Source: a virus
Reading direction: 5' to 3' (one strand)
Virus record (IMG/VR): IMGVR_UViG_3300008448_000033
Coordinates: 1 to 64,000 of that record
DNA length: 64,000 nt
Shown here: in pieces, positions 1 through 8,683 of the stretch
Layout: each line of letters starts with the position of its first letter
How positions within the stretch are numbered: position 1 is the first letter of the stretch
The notes under the pieces: generated by a model
The model's input: the letters and a program-made list of their open reading frames with translations, nothing else
What the model was told of the DNA's origin: nothing
Databases searched by the model: none
Translations under genes and position numbers: made by a program

Positions 1-30
1 TTGACCATCAACCCCACCATCATTATGCTC

Positions 31-213
31 CTAAGTGTTGTAATTGTCAACAAACAATTTTACTGTTTCGTACCAAAAGAAAGATTGTGTGTCTACATCA
101 TCTGTGAACCATTCAACATGGTAAAGAGCTAAATGATCCTCTCTTTTTGTTACAATACCAAAAAGGTGTCCGCTATTTACCATTTTGCCTATTAGCGGAT
201 CGGTGGGCATCAT
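31..213 (-). CDS. small SH3/KOW-like beta-barrel family protein (paralog array)
   Basis: IGKMV...FGIV...YHVEWF pattern shared with neighbours. Confidence 0.6.
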   Translation of the reverse strand: MMPTDPLIGKMVNSGHLFGIVTKREDHLALYHVEWFTDDVDTQSFFWYETVKLFVDNYNT

Positions 214-397
214 ACTCCCAATCTTTGTAATGGGCGATCAAGTCTTTTATAACAGCGGAGCTAAGTCCATGCTCAACTTCTGCAACAATGTCACCATACT
301 GGAACCAATACACAGTATAGTATTTTTCTTGTTTGTCCACAACAATTCCAATGGAACTATATTTTGAAATGCTGCTTCTAACCATTTCACCGATCAT
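173..397 (-). CDS. small SH3/KOW-like family protein
   Basis: IGEMV...IGIVVD...YTVYWF. Confidence 0.6.
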   Translation of the reverse strand: MIGEMVRSSISKYSSIGIVVDKQEKYYTVYWFQYGDIVAEVEHGLSSAVIKDLIAHYKDWEYDAHRSANRQNGK

Positions 398-614
398 GTA
401 GGGGCATCATAGACCACTTTTCGTAATTGGTCAAGTCTTTGTGTTTGAGCAACTTTCGCTTGACTTCATATTCTGTGAAGTCAAATATTGCATTTGACTT
501 GAAGAATTTGACTTCGTAATGACGATTTTGAAACACGCCTTCAACCATATTTACTACTATACCAAATCCTAGAAATCTGTCAACAACAATTTCACTTATG
601 AGAGGATCAGTCAT
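387..614 (-). CDS. small SH3/KOW-like family protein
   Basis: TDPLI...FGIVV...YEVKFF; N-terminus resembles 31..213. Confidence 0.6.
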   Translation of the reverse strand: MTDPLISEIVVDRFLGFGIVVNMVEGVFQNRHYEVKFFKSNAIFDFTEYEVKRKLLKHKDLTNYEKWSMMPLHDR

Positions 615-779
615 TTACCAATAACCTTTGCGCTTCTGCCAATCCTGCCCCATGATGATCCACTCCTCTGCCTTGTCACCTAGCCAATGGAATGCAATGG
701 CACCGGCAATACCAAGGGGAACGAACACAAACAACATCAAGAGGAATGCTAGCACAACACTAACAACAATGTCAAGCAT
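615..779 (-). CDS. small membrane protein
   Basis: Long hydrophobic stretch; start moved to ATG 779, which follows a GAGGTG SD. Confidence 0.55.
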   Translation of the reverse strand: MLDIVVSVVLAFLLMLFVFVPLGIAGAIAFHWLGDKAEEWIIMGQDWQKRKGYW

Positions 780-781
780 GA

Positions 782-988
782 TCACCTCTTTTGATGGTAT
801 CCCATCAAAAAATTCATTCGCCAAGTGTCAACATAATTCCCAGAATAAAAGCAAGTCACTTCGCTGGTGTTGGTTTCTGGATCGGTGAACGCGATATCGT
901 AGTGAAAACCACTTATGTATGCAGGATATTTGTCGGTGACGATTCCATACTTAACACCGTCAAATACCATATCACCAACTTCAGTCAT
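782..988 (-). CDS. small SH3/KOW-like family protein
   Basis: EVGDMV...YGIV...YDIAF. Confidence 0.6.
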   Translation of the reverse strand: MTEVGDMVFDGVKYGIVTDKYPAYISGFHYDIAFTDPETNTSEVTCFYSGNYVDTWRMNFLMGYHQKR

Positions 989-1214
989 TGTCCACCACTA
1001 AGTTATAGTTATCTTTTAAGTATTTATCGCCAAAGACAACGATATCGCCAGCTTGTGATTTATCATAGCCGAAATTATTTGCCATGACAAGCATTTTCCA
1101 TGACAATTTTGGTTTACCAGTAATCTTATTTGTAGCCATAAAGCTTTCAAGTAAGACGCCCATAATCCCAAACGCTGGATCTTCTACTATATCACCCTGC
1201 TTGAACATTGTCAA
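981..1214 (-). CDS. small SH3/KOW-like family protein
   Basis: FKQGDIV...MGVLLE. Confidence 0.55.
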   Translation of the reverse strand: MTMFKQGDIVEDPAFGIMGVLLESFMATNKITGKPKLSWKMLVMANNFGYDKSQAGDIVVFGDKYLKDNYNLVVDND

Positions 1215-1428
1215 TGCCGTGATAATGCTTGTAATTCTCTACATAAATGTCAATGATATCGCTAGGATAGAACAGGGTGGGCATATTCATAAGCTTGGCA
1301 AGCTCGCTATCGCCCTCCCAACGAATTTCGTAATCATCGCCCTTTACATCGACAATAACGCCACTCATAGAGTTACGGTTAGACGTAACGCGAGTACCAA
1401 TCTTATACATTTTATCTCCTAAAGGCAA
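1192..1428 (-). CDS. small SH3/KOW-like family protein
   Basis: YKIGTRV...SGVIVDV...YEIRW. Confidence 0.6.
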   Translation of the reverse strand: MPLGDKMYKIGTRVTSNRNSMSGVIVDVKGDDYEIRWEGDSELAKLMNMPTLFYPSDIIDIYVENYKHYHGIDNVQAG

Positions 1429-1676
1429 GTAAGAAAGTAATGTTCTTCTTCTCTGTGTTCGCTACCACCATATCTAAACTTGTCCATATCTTCCGCAGAA
1501 AAGATCTCACCTGCTTTTGAACCAGAGGTGACTAGGATTTCTACATCGTTATAGCCATCCTCGTTAACTTTAAGGATTATACTATAATCCCCGTCCTCGT
1601 CAATCCAAATTTGACCAACTTCAAGCTTGTCAGGAATTTTGCCGGTCATGGACAATTCTCCACTCGTCAAGTTCAA
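1419..1676 (-). CDS. small beta-barrel family protein, GQIW subtype
   Basis: LEVGQIW; true start probably ATG 1649. Confidence 0.55.
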   Translation of the reverse strand: MNLTSGELSMTGKIPDKLEVGQIWIDEDGDYSIILKVNEDGYNDVEILVTSGSKAGEIFSAEDMDKFRYGGSEHREEEHYFLTCL

Positions 1677-1878
1677 AATTCATGAATACCATTTCAGTAT
1701 TGCCAGTATTCATATTTAACATACGGAATACAAGTTTGTCAAGAGGATCACCAGTATCCCTATCATCTGGTTCAATCAAGACAAAATATTCCCAATTATC
1801 CTCACCATGCCATTGACGTTTCCAAATCTGCCCAACCTTGGGATCATCGTCAATTACAATTGCTTTCTTTTTCTTCAT
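1630..1878 (-). CDS. small beta-barrel family protein, GQIW subtype
   Basis: PKVGQIW. Confidence 0.55.
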   Translation of the reverse strand: MKKKKAIVIDDDPKVGQIWKRQWHGEDNWEYFVLIEPDDRDTGDPLDKLVFRMLNMNTGNTEMVFMNFELDEWRIVHDRQNS

Positions 1879-2113
1879 CTACTGGCACCGTCCATCTTAG
1901 CAAGTATGTGCTATTCTCAAACGATTGTCCACCGTGCCAATTGCAATAGACGATCATCAACCTATGCTTGCCAAATACTTGTCCTGTCTCGCCAATGATC
2001 ATATAATAACGATCACAATGTTTCAAGGATTTTCTTATCTGTCCTATGTATAGAGAATCACTCAAGCTTTTTCCATACATCGGTTTGCAGCCAATGATTA
2101 AGATCATAGCCAT
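1850..2113 (-). CDS. small beta-barrel family protein, GQIW-like
   Basis: LYIGQIR...YYMII. Confidence 0.5.
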   Translation of the reverse strand: MAMILIIGCKPMYGKSLSDSLYIGQIRKSLKHCDRYYMIIGETGQVFGKHRLMIVYCNWHGGQSFENSTYLLRWTVPVDEEKESNCN

Positions 2114-2258
2114 GATGTATTATTTCGCTATCGTCGCCTATACGCAACAGATCATAGTATCCATGTTTATCTTTGTCAATGATGATATAAAGCTTTGTCT
2201 TATCGTAAACCCAAATCTCGCCTATAGTCGGGGTTATTGTCGTCAATGTTGAACCCAT
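2058..2258 (-). CDS. small beta-barrel family protein, GQIW-like
   Basis: PTIGEIW...LYIIID. Confidence 0.55.
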   Translation of the reverse strand: MGSTLTTITPTIGEIWVYDKTKLYIIIDKDKHGYYDLLRIGDDSEIIHHGYDLNHWLQTDVWKKLE

Positions 2259-2466
2259 CAGCTTCTAAAACGTCAAGATAAAGTTTGTACCGCTCACCAG
2301 TCTCCATAACTAGAGTCTCAACGATTGTATCGCAATTACGATACTTGATTGCAACAGAGAAATCAAGAATAAAAAGGTGACGTTTGATATTTCCAAGACC
2401 TCTCACATACATGGGAGTATACCAAATTTGCCCCACACTAGGAAGGAAATTTACAGTCTCACCCAA
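2200..2466 (-). CDS. small beta-barrel family protein, GQIW subtype
   Basis: PSVGQIW...HLFILD. Confidence 0.55.
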   Translation of the reverse strand: MGETVNFLPSVGQIWYTPMYVRGLGNIKRHLFILDFSVAIKYRNCDTIVETLVMETGERYKLYLDVLEADGFNIDDNNPDYRRDLGLR

Positions 2467-2672
2467 CTGTCACTCCGAAAGTCTGGTTGAATTTGATAGC
2501 TATTACCAACAAAAAATCCTCTGCACTCGTCGGCATCACCACCTAAGAATACCATACTCCATACGCACTCGTCAACGCGATTGAGAATAAGCCAATGGTT
2601 GACGAATAGACAATCTTCCTCGTCACGATATTCAATCTTCCACATTTCGCCGGGATTCATAGTGATCGACAT
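2451..2672 (-). CDS. small beta-barrel family protein, GQIW-like
   Basis: MNPGEMW...HWLIL. Confidence 0.5.
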   Translation of the reverse strand: MSITMNPGEMWKIEYRDEEDCLFVNHWLILNRVDECVWSMVFLGGDADECRGFFVGNSYQIQPDFRSDSWVRL

Positions 2673-2889
2673 TTTTAAGTGATCCCTCCTCTAGCATTCT
2701 ATCAATTTCTTTTTCGTCACGCCAGCGATCAATAACACCGGGAGCTTTTCTCTCATAGACACGCGAACACCAACAAGACCAGCAAGAACCGTCATATTCA
2801 AGCAGTATAAACTGGACAAAATTATTGTCAAGCTGATCTGTGTAAAACATTTGTCCAGCTTTATACTTTGGCTTCTTGGTCTTTTTCAT
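2632..2889 (-). CDS. small beta-barrel family protein
   Basis: YKAGQMF...FILLE. Confidence 0.5.
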   Translation of the reverse strand: MKKTKKPKYKAGQMFYTDQLDNNFVQFILLEYDGSCWSCWCSRVYERKAPGVIDRWRDEKEIDRMLEEGSLKNVDHYESRRNVED

Positions 2890-3112
2890 GCTGCTCGCTC
2901 ATCTTTTGTTCATAATCTGCAAGATATATCTTGACATCATGCCACAAATAGTGGCGTGTGCTTTTTGCGCTTGAGAACCAATATATAGTGTAGTATGGAC
3001 CCATACCACCACTAGCGGTAGTGTATCTGCTTACGATACCATAACCAAACGTATGTGAAAAGACAAATCTTGATACTGCTTTTGCCCCACCATCTTTAGC
3101 TTTTGTTGGCAA
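2861..3112 (-). CDS. small SH3/KOW-like family protein
   Basis: FGYGIV...YYTIYWF. Confidence 0.55.
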   Translation of the reverse strand: MPTKAKDGGAKAVSRFVFSHTFGYGIVSRYTTASGGMGPYYTIYWFSSAKSTRHYLWHDVKIYLADYEQKMSEQHEKDQEAKV

Positions 3113-3281
3113 GGTGTTTCCCCCATGCCCGAATCTCTAACTCGTATGAATGGATTGTATCAAGGGTCTGGGTATCTTGCAACACAAGAATGTTACCCTT
3201 GTTGGATGCTCTTATTATTTTGACAATAACATAGGTCGTCTTGAATCCAACTATTATATCGCCTACACTATATTCAGTCAA
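3096..3281 (-). CDS. small SH3/KOW-like family protein
   Basis: YSVGDII...YVIVKI. Confidence 0.55.
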   Translation of the reverse strand: MTEYSVGDIIVGFKTTYVIVKIIRASNKGNILVLQDTQTLDTIHSYELEIRAWGKHLANKS

Positions 3282-3284
3282 GAC

Positions 3285-3542
3285 CTATTTCCTTGGCTTG
3301 TTGAACAACCCTTCAATCTTGTCGTTGTAAAAGTGTTTACCTTTTACTGCCGCAGCAAGATAGGTGTTATGCAAGTCAAGTATTTCACGATCATTATAGT
3401 CATTTATCTTGCGCTTGCCATAGAAAAATTGGACTTTATTTCTATAGCCACTAAGCTTTTTCTTGCCAACTTCAATGATTATACCAAGACCATACCACTC
3501 GTCAAGAACAAATGTACCTACAGGGAGTGTTGGTATGCTCAT
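3285..3542 (-). CDS. small SH3/KOW-like family protein
   Basis: LPVGTFV...YGLGIIIEV. Confidence 0.55.
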   Translation of the reverse strand: MSIPTLPVGTFVLDEWYGLGIIIEVGKKKLSGYRNKVQFFYGKRKINDYNDREILDLHNTYLAAAVKGKHFYNDKIEGLFNKPRK

Positions 3543-3545
3543 TGA

Positions 3546-3758
3546 TTACTCTACCTTTGTGGCATAATCGTCCAACCACCAATCGTTAATTAGCTTAACC
3601 TCGTCCCTACCGTGGTCGTCCGAAAAGTGGACACGATAATTAACAGAGTTCTTTCCAAATGGCACCACTTCAACTACAGTATAGATTGCACCACCCTTTT
3701 TGTCAAGGAAGATATCACCAGCATTGTGACGCTTAATTGTATTATTCTTTTTAGACAT
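3546..3758 (-). CDS. small SH3/KOW-like family protein
   Basis: NAGDIF...IYTVVEV...YRVHF. Confidence 0.55.
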   Translation of the reverse strand: MSKKNNTIKRHNAGDIFLDKKGGAIYTVVEVVPFGKNSVNYRVHFSDDHGRDEVKLINDWWLDDYATKVE

Positions 3759-3764
3759 GGTGCC

Positions 3765-3941
3765 TCACTTCTTGATGGAAGTCAAGTCACAAACGCAAAC
3801 ACCCTTGGCATCCACATAACGTACCGTATAAGGCGCACAGGTAGGCTCACAAGCCTTCTTAGCTTCCTCGTCCTTAATCTGGAGTGCGGTGCAACCAACG
3901 CAGGAACCAAGGAACAGGAGAAAGAACGCAAGATCACTCAT
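3765..3941 (-). CDS. 58-aa Cys-rich membrane/exported protein (below ORF-track cutoff)
   Basis: Manual translation MSDLAFFLLFLGSCVGCTALQIKDEEAKKACEPTCAPYTVRYVDAKGVCVCDLTSIKK; fills the gap between genes. Confidence 0.55.
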   Translation of the reverse strand: MSDLAFFLLFLGSCVGCTALQIKDEEAKKACEPTCAPYTVRYVDAKGVCVCDLTSIKK

Positions 3942-4185
3942 TTTGTTTGCTCCACCTTAAAAAGTATTCGCGGTATGATTTAGTTTCTTTGATTGACTCT
4001 GTTGACCAAGCGTTACCGTCATGGCTAATATAATTGAACCATCTAACCTTGTAAAGCTTTTTTCCAAGGTGATCAGTCTCGTCTGCGAAACCTAAAATAA
4101 TTCCAAAGTCAAGCACTTCGTTACAATCAGTATCAGTATCCACAAACGCAACCATGTCACCAGTTTTAAGCTTTATCCTTGACAA
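3934..4185 (-). CDS. small SH3/KOW-like family protein
   Basis: LKTGDMV...FGIILG...YKVRWF. Confidence 0.6.
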   Translation of the reverse strand: MSRIKLKTGDMVAFVDTDTDCNEVLDFGIILGFADETDHLGKKLYKVRWFNYISHDGNAWSTESIKETKSYREYFLRWSKQNE

Positions 4186-4192
4186 TCAAAGC

Positions 4193-4435
4193 TCACTTCC
4201 TCTTATTTATTGCATCAACTAATGTCAAGCCAATGTCTCTAACCATCTTAACAGTATCGTCTGCCTTGTCAAGCTTTTCCTTGAGCAGGGTCTTAATCTC
4301 GTCGTAGGAGGGAGTATCGAACGGATCTATCTTAGCCTGTTCGTTATACTTTGTCAAGTCCTGTCCACAATTAGGGCAGTAATTCATTTTCACTCCTGCA
4401 CATTCTTGACGATAATGCTGGCATTGCACTCGCAA
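4193..4435 (-). CDS. zinc-ribbon hypothetical protein
   Basis: MNYCPNCG; start probably the second Met. Confidence 0.5.
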   Translation of the reverse strand: MRVQCQHYRQECAGVKMNYCPNCGQDLTKYNEQAKIDPFDTPSYDEIKTLLKEKLDKADDTVKMVRDIGLTLVDAINKRK

Positions 4436-4668
4436 CGCTTATACTTTGTGCTGTAAACGCTGTTAGGATAGCACGCAGTAGCGCATTTGTCAAAGAAATT
4501 TTGATCGTTCATCTCTTGCTTCTTGTTATCGCTCACCCACATTGAAAACAGGGCAGCAATCATAACAGAAAATGAAATAACCGCTGCAATAACTGCATTC
4601 TCAAATGAAATGCTATCATAGATCCGCTTAAGTGTATTCATTGTATGTCCTTTATCCCCCGAAGTCAA
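4390..4668 (-). CDS. Cys-rich single-pass membrane protein
   Basis: TM helix followed by CxxxCxP...CxC, like 3765..3941. Confidence 0.55.
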   Translation of the reverse strand: MTSGDKGHTMNTLKRIYDSISFENAVIAAVISFSVMIAALFSMWVSDNKKQEMNDQNFFDKCATACYPNSVYSTKYKRCECNASIIVKNVQE

Positions 4669-4915
4669 GTAGTGTGTTGTCTAGCAACCCTTGCCTTGTT
4701 GCATTTGCGTACAATTCGCGCATTGTATTTATGTATTCGTATTTACAATTCGGTATAACCGTTCCTGTGTCGAACCAGCGAATAGTATATCTTTTTGTTT
4801 CTGGTATGTCAACTGGATATTTTGAGTCAACATCAATTATAATGCCCATCCTATACTTATCTTGGACTGGTACATGGGTACACAGAAAGTCACCTATTTG
4901 CGGTTCGCTTATCAA
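4652..4915 (-). CDS. small SH3/KOW-like family protein
   Basis: PQIGDFL...MGIIIDV...YTIRWF. Confidence 0.6.
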   Translation of the reverse strand: MISEPQIGDFLCTHVPVQDKYRMGIIIDVDSKYPVDIPETKRYTIRWFDTGTVIPNCKYEYINTMRELYANATRQGLLDNTLLDFGG

Positions 4916-5104
4916 TTACCTACTCTTTTCTAGCTTGCATCCAAAACCCATGCGAGTATCCGAATAAAGAGAGGGAATCTTGACAATGTTAGGGGGATCA
5001 CCCTTAACGATCTGGATCATTGGAAGATACTTCGATGCTCTCTTTGCAAGACTAGAAACAAGTCTAGCACGCAAATGCTTTCCTGTAAAGGTATTATTTC
5101 TCAT
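4916..5104 (-). CDS. hypothetical basic protein
   Basis: ORF directly downstream of a sigma70 promoter, with a GGAG SD. Confidence 0.45.
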   Translation of the reverse strand: MRNNTFTGKHLRARLVSSLAKRASKYLPMIQIVKGDPPNIVKIPSLYSDTRMGFGCKLEKSR

Positions 5105-5139
5105 TTAGTCTCCAGAGTGTCGAGGCTTGCGTCCACTCT

Positions 5140-5168
5140 ATTATATACTGCTTGGGGCAGGGAGTCAA
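5140..5168 (-). promoter_or_regulatory. sigma70-type promoter
   Basis: TTGACT-17nt-TATAAT; -35 lies in an 11-bp-arm palindrome (5154-5181). Confidence 0.75.
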
Positions 5169-5189
5169 TGCTCCCTGCCCCGGTATTGC

Positions 5190-5606
5190 TTAGGCACTTG
5201 CCGCATCATCGAACATCGAAGGATTAATCTTGCGGAGCCAATCCTCGTCCATAGGGATCGCACCGCTCATCATGTCGGACATTCGCTGAACATCATCCGT
5301 AGAGAGGCTAGGAACCTCGCTATCGTCCGCAGAAACGGCATCCTCGTTGGACTCCTCGCCGGTATCACTTGCCGGTGCATCAACCGTCACCGGGGTAACG
5401 TCGAGCGTGATACCGTCTGCAAGAACGAAACCACCGTTGCGTCCTCGCTTGCCGGTGATCTTACCGGACTCCTTGAGAGAGTCAAGAACGTCGAGAACAT
5501 CGTTACCAAACTTACCGATAAGGTGAGTCTTGGGGCAGGGACGCTCATTGCTAGTGTGAAACTCGCGGATCGTAGTCAGCACGTTCGTAGTGTTAAGAGT
5601 AGTCAT
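5190..5606 (-). CDS. winged-helix (Rrf2-like wing) DNA-binding protein with acidic tail
   Basis: LKESGKITGKRGRNGGFVLA resembles the Rrf2/wHTH wing; D/E-rich C-terminus. Confidence 0.55.
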   Translation of the reverse strand: MTTLNTTNVLTTIREFHTSNERPCPKTHLIGKFGNDVLDVLDSLKESGKITGKRGRNGGFVLADGITLDVTPVTVDAPASDTGEESNEDAVSADDSEVPSLSTDDVQRMSDMMSGAIPMDEDWLRKINPSMFDDAASA

Positions 5607-5655
5607 TTATTTTCCTCGTTTCCGCCCATTGGGCTTGTTAGGTCTTGCGTTTGCC

Positions 5656-5892
5656 TTACTCACTCAGTATATCAAAATCGTTTTCGTTGTCAACCGTTTC
5701 TCTATCTTCCTCTACCGATTCCTGTAACTCACCACATTCAGCGCATTGCCAAGTCTCCAATCTGCAAGGGATTGCGATATCGTCCTCTCCCCAACCAACT
5801 ACAGAGATAACATCCAAAATCTCATATCTGTGATCGTCATCTGCACATTTAGATCTTATCATGTTTCTCCCTTTTGTCAAGCGGCACTCCAC
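5656..5892 (-). CDS. hypothetical protein (CxxC)
   Basis: ORF in gene-dense operon. Confidence 0.45.
   Translation of the reverse strand: MECRLTKGRNMIRSKCADDDHRYEILDVISVVGWGEDDIAIPCRLETWQCAECGELQESVEEDRETVDNENDFDILSE
5666..5693 (-). promoter_or_regulatory. sigma70-type promoter
   Basis: TTGACA-16nt-TATACT. Confidence 0.65.
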
Positions 5893-6134
5893 TTCTGCAC
5901 CAACATACGGTGATTATCGGTAGCAATCATCTTATCCGATCCATGCATAAAGTCAAGAACCTTGTTTGTATCTGGATCGTTTGTTACCTTGTCAATCGGA
6001 TGCACCATGCTCTCAAAACCAATCGCATTGACAGCATTATAGCCAGCATCTTGAGTAATGACAACAAAATTCCCCTTACGGTTCTGGATTGGAGTCCTCA
6101 ACGTCATATGTCCTCTCCACAAGTTTACCTGCAA
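5877..6134 (-). CDS. hypothetical protein
   Basis: ORF in operon. Confidence 0.45.
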   Translation of the reverse strand: MQVNLWRGHMTLRTPIQNRKGNFVVITQDAGYNAVNAIGFESMVHPIDKVTNDPDTNKVLDFMHGSDKMIATDNHRMLVQKWSAA

Positions 6135-6939
6135 ACTTGTCTTTGCGGTTGACTAGCTTTAACGAGTTAATGCTATGCTCTCCACTTTCGCCTGTTGCGC
6201 TCCAAAGCACGGTGACAAGTCTAGTACCCTTGCCACTATACGAATCGGGATGAGTCTTGTCAAGAACATCAAGCACTATACCAATTCTAGGCTCATTCTT
6301 AAATTCTGCTCCCTTGTGGTAAAAGGGATCATGCAACCGCTTGTCATGGAACGGTGAACGCAACATGACAAGATTACCGGCAACAAATGGGACAGGACGC
6401 TGCATTTCGTTATATACTGCCAGCTTTCTACGATCATGGCAATAGAGAAAATTCTTCAAAGAGAGGTCGATAAGAAAATTGTTGATTGCGGTTGTATCAT
6501 CATACTGAACCTGTGTCCAGCTATATCTTGAAGATACAAGCGGATCGTGATAATAAAACCCTCGCCTAACGCAATCCTCATAATAGCTCTTTATCCAAGG
6601 ATTTGCAACAACATATTCTTGAAACTTTTTATTTGTCTCATCATACTTATCGCAAGCATAGCGAGCATACTGCCACAGCTTCCAAGAATCGTGAATATTC
6701 TTAAGATCAAGTTCGCTTATCTTATCAACACCAACACGCTTAGTCAAGTCAATAAGCATGGTAGCACGGTCAATATTCAACCCGTTGTTCCATCTGGGCT
6801 TGTAGCCATGTTCACTATACTGCTCAAATTCCTCTGGAATGTCAAAGAAAACTTGCATAGTCTTGTATCGTCTACTCACCCAACTCATTCTTGATATCCT
6901 CCTTTGCAAGGTCGTTACGATGCATTCTATCAAATACAA
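6076..6939 (-). CDS. hypothetical protein with C-terminal SH3/KOW-like domain
   Basis: FVAGNLV...IGIVLDV...VTVLW; architecture like 12507..13154. Confidence 0.55.
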   Translation of the reverse strand: MYLIECIVTTLQRRISRMSWVSRRYKTMQVFFDIPEEFEQYSEHGYKPRWNNGLNIDRATMLIDLTKRVGVDKISELDLKNIHDSWKLWQYARYACDKYDETNKKFQEYVVANPWIKSYYEDCVRRGFYYHDPLVSSRYSWTQVQYDDTTAINNFLIDLSLKNFLYCHDRRKLAVYNEMQRPVPFVAGNLVMLRSPFHDKRLHDPFYHKGAEFKNEPRIGIVLDVLDKTHPDSYSGKGTRLVTVLWSATGESGEHSINSLKLVNRKDKFAGKLVERTYDVEDSNPEP

Positions 6940-7177
6940 GTTCGACAGTCAAACCATTTTCATTGTTGACAATGGCAGAACGCTTTTTGAAGCCATCATA
7001 CTTGATCTTGTAGTAATCATCAACAGCATATTTGGTCAACAGATCAACAATGAATTGCTCATCGAAAACAACCTTGACAGTCTCATCGTGAACAATCTGC
7101 ATTTTAACGCTCCTCGTCATAATCTTCCTGTTCGGGGCAACAAGAGACACAATACGCCGCATCGTGATTGTCGTCAA
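6872..7177 (-). CDS. hypothetical protein
   Basis: ORF in operon; true start probably downstream. Confidence 0.4.
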   Translation of the reverse strand: MTTITMRRIVSLVAPNRKIMTRSVKMQIVHDETVKVVFDEQFIVDLLTKYAVDDYYKIKYDGFKKRSAIVNNENGLTVELVFDRMHRNDLAKEDIKNELGE

Positions 7178-7324
7178 GCTTAATCCACACTACCTCGTCC
7201 TCATGCAAATAGCAACCACAATCATAGCACTTAAGCACGCCCATTATACCCTCTACTCATAGGAAAGAAAAATGCCGATCATCACAGTAAGAATAGCAGT
7301 AAGAACCATCATTGTCAACCTCTA

Positions 7325-7558
7325 TTAGTTAAGGAAAATCTTGCCCGATTCAACAAGAGGCTTGACAAAAGCTTCATAATCCGATAATGCCTGCGCCTCG
7401 TTGACAAAGTAAGCATAATACTGCTCCTTAGTCCAACCATGCTTATCAAAATTATCTTCAAACAATGCCTTTTCGGCAGCATCCAAAGCCTTTTGGTGAA
7501 ACTCTGCCATGATATCAATATCAATACGATTAGACATTTGCATCCTCCTCGTCCTCAT
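7325..7558 (-). CDS. hypothetical protein
   Basis: ORF in operon. Confidence 0.45.
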   Translation of the reverse strand: MRTRRMQMSNRIDIDIMAEFHQKALDAAEKALFEDNFDKHGWTKEQYYAYFVNEAQALSDYEAFVKPLVESGKIFLN

Positions 7559-7781
7559 TGTTAGGTGAACCTTCCAAATTACTTTCTACATAGGAAAGTA
7601 TATCACTTTCCTCATAATCGTCAAGCACAAAATCAGTAAGACCCCACAAGCAAGACTCAATCTCAACATTGCCATTGTCAATATTAATAGCAAGGTCTAG
7701 CGTAATAGTTTGGTTGTTTCTGGTAATGCCCCACTCAAAATCGTAAACTTGATTGTCCTCAAACTTAAATTCGGTTGGCAT
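7530..7781 (-). CDS. acidic hypothetical protein
   Basis: ORF with SD, very D/E-rich. Confidence 0.5.
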   Translation of the reverse strand: MPTEFKFEDNQVYDFEWGITRNNQTITLDLAINIDNGNVEIESCLWGLTDFVLDDYEESDILSYVESNLEGSPNNEDEEDANV

Positions 7782-7998
7782 TAGCTACCTCCTTTGGACC
7801 CACATTAATTACTATAGCACAACGAGAGCAAAGATCAACACCGTTAACAATTCTAACACCTACAGGATGAACATCATAATCACAAGCATAGTAGCCATAA
7901 TCCATTCTTGGATGCGGTGCCTCTGCAAACTCCGAATACTCTACATCATCCTCACACTTAATGCAAGTAAAAATAGGAGGTTCAATCTCGCTTGACAT
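7765..7998 (-). CDS. zinc-binding hypothetical protein
   Basis: CxxC...CxxC. Confidence 0.5.
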   Translation of the reverse strand: MSSEIEPPIFTCIKCEDDVEYSEFAEAPHPRMDYGYYACDYDVHPVGVRIVNGVDLCSRCAIVINVGPKEVANANRI

Positions 7999-8077
7999 TT
8001 TTGCATTCCTCGCAAGAGCAAAAGGTGGGAAGTTTCTGTAGAGCGGTACTTGCCTCTCCGATCATATACAGATCCCC

Positions 8078-8106
8078 AGTATATGCGCCTCGCAGAAGCT
8101 TGTCAA
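8078..8106 (-). promoter_or_regulatory. sigma70-type promoter (inside a small ORF)
   Basis: TTGACA-17nt-TATACT. Confidence 0.7.
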
Positions 8107-8142
8107 CATTTTTCTTGTATGCTTTCGACCAGTCTGCAAGAG

Positions 8143-8337
8143 TCATGCACCCCCCTTGTCCTCGTTAGGATCATTACTATTAGGGAACATACCAAACTTT
8201 TCAAGTCTCATTTCTACAATATCTTTGATGATTTGTAAAGCGTCATCCATTGGAAGATCAACATCTGCTGCAATATCGTAGATCCCATTTAGTGTATCAA
8301 TTTCGCTGTTCAAGTCAAGCTTGATCGGATAATCCAC
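8143..8337 (-). CDS. hypothetical protein
   Basis: ORF in operon. Confidence 0.45.
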   Translation of the reverse strand: MDYPIKLDLNSEIDTLNGIYDIAADVDLPMDDALQIIKDIVEMRLEKFGMFPNSNDPNEDKGGA

Positions 8338-8672
8338 TATGCCTTCCCCTTGTGGTTTTCGTTACCCTTGAAGGTTGCCACAGTCTCAAACTTGATACCG
8401 GGAGTCTTGGAGAGCATACCCATTTGGCAGGATTTGCCCTTGTAAAGCCCACTATTATTCTTCCAGAATGCAAGGTAGGCTTCGCGGTCTGCACCGTTCT
8501 TAAACTTAAGAACCTGCACGCTGCCCTGCTTGCCCTCTCCCGCCGAAACACCAGCATAGCGTACCACAGTCTCCTCACTACAGTCAACGCAATTCGTTGC
8601 AAGACCACCAACCCTACGCTTGGCAGGGGAGCGAGGATCAAACTCTACACCGCATTCAACGCAAGTACGCAT
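8337..8672 (-). CDS. zinc-finger hypothetical protein
   Basis: CVECG...CVDC; AAGGTG SD. Confidence 0.55.
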   Translation of the reverse strand: MRTCVECGVEFDPRSPAKRRVGGLATNCVDCSEETVVRYAGVSAGEGKQGSVQVLKFKNGADREAYLAFWKNNSGLYKGKSCQMGMLSKTPGIKFETVATFKGNENHKGKA

Positions 8673-8683
8673 GATAACACCTT

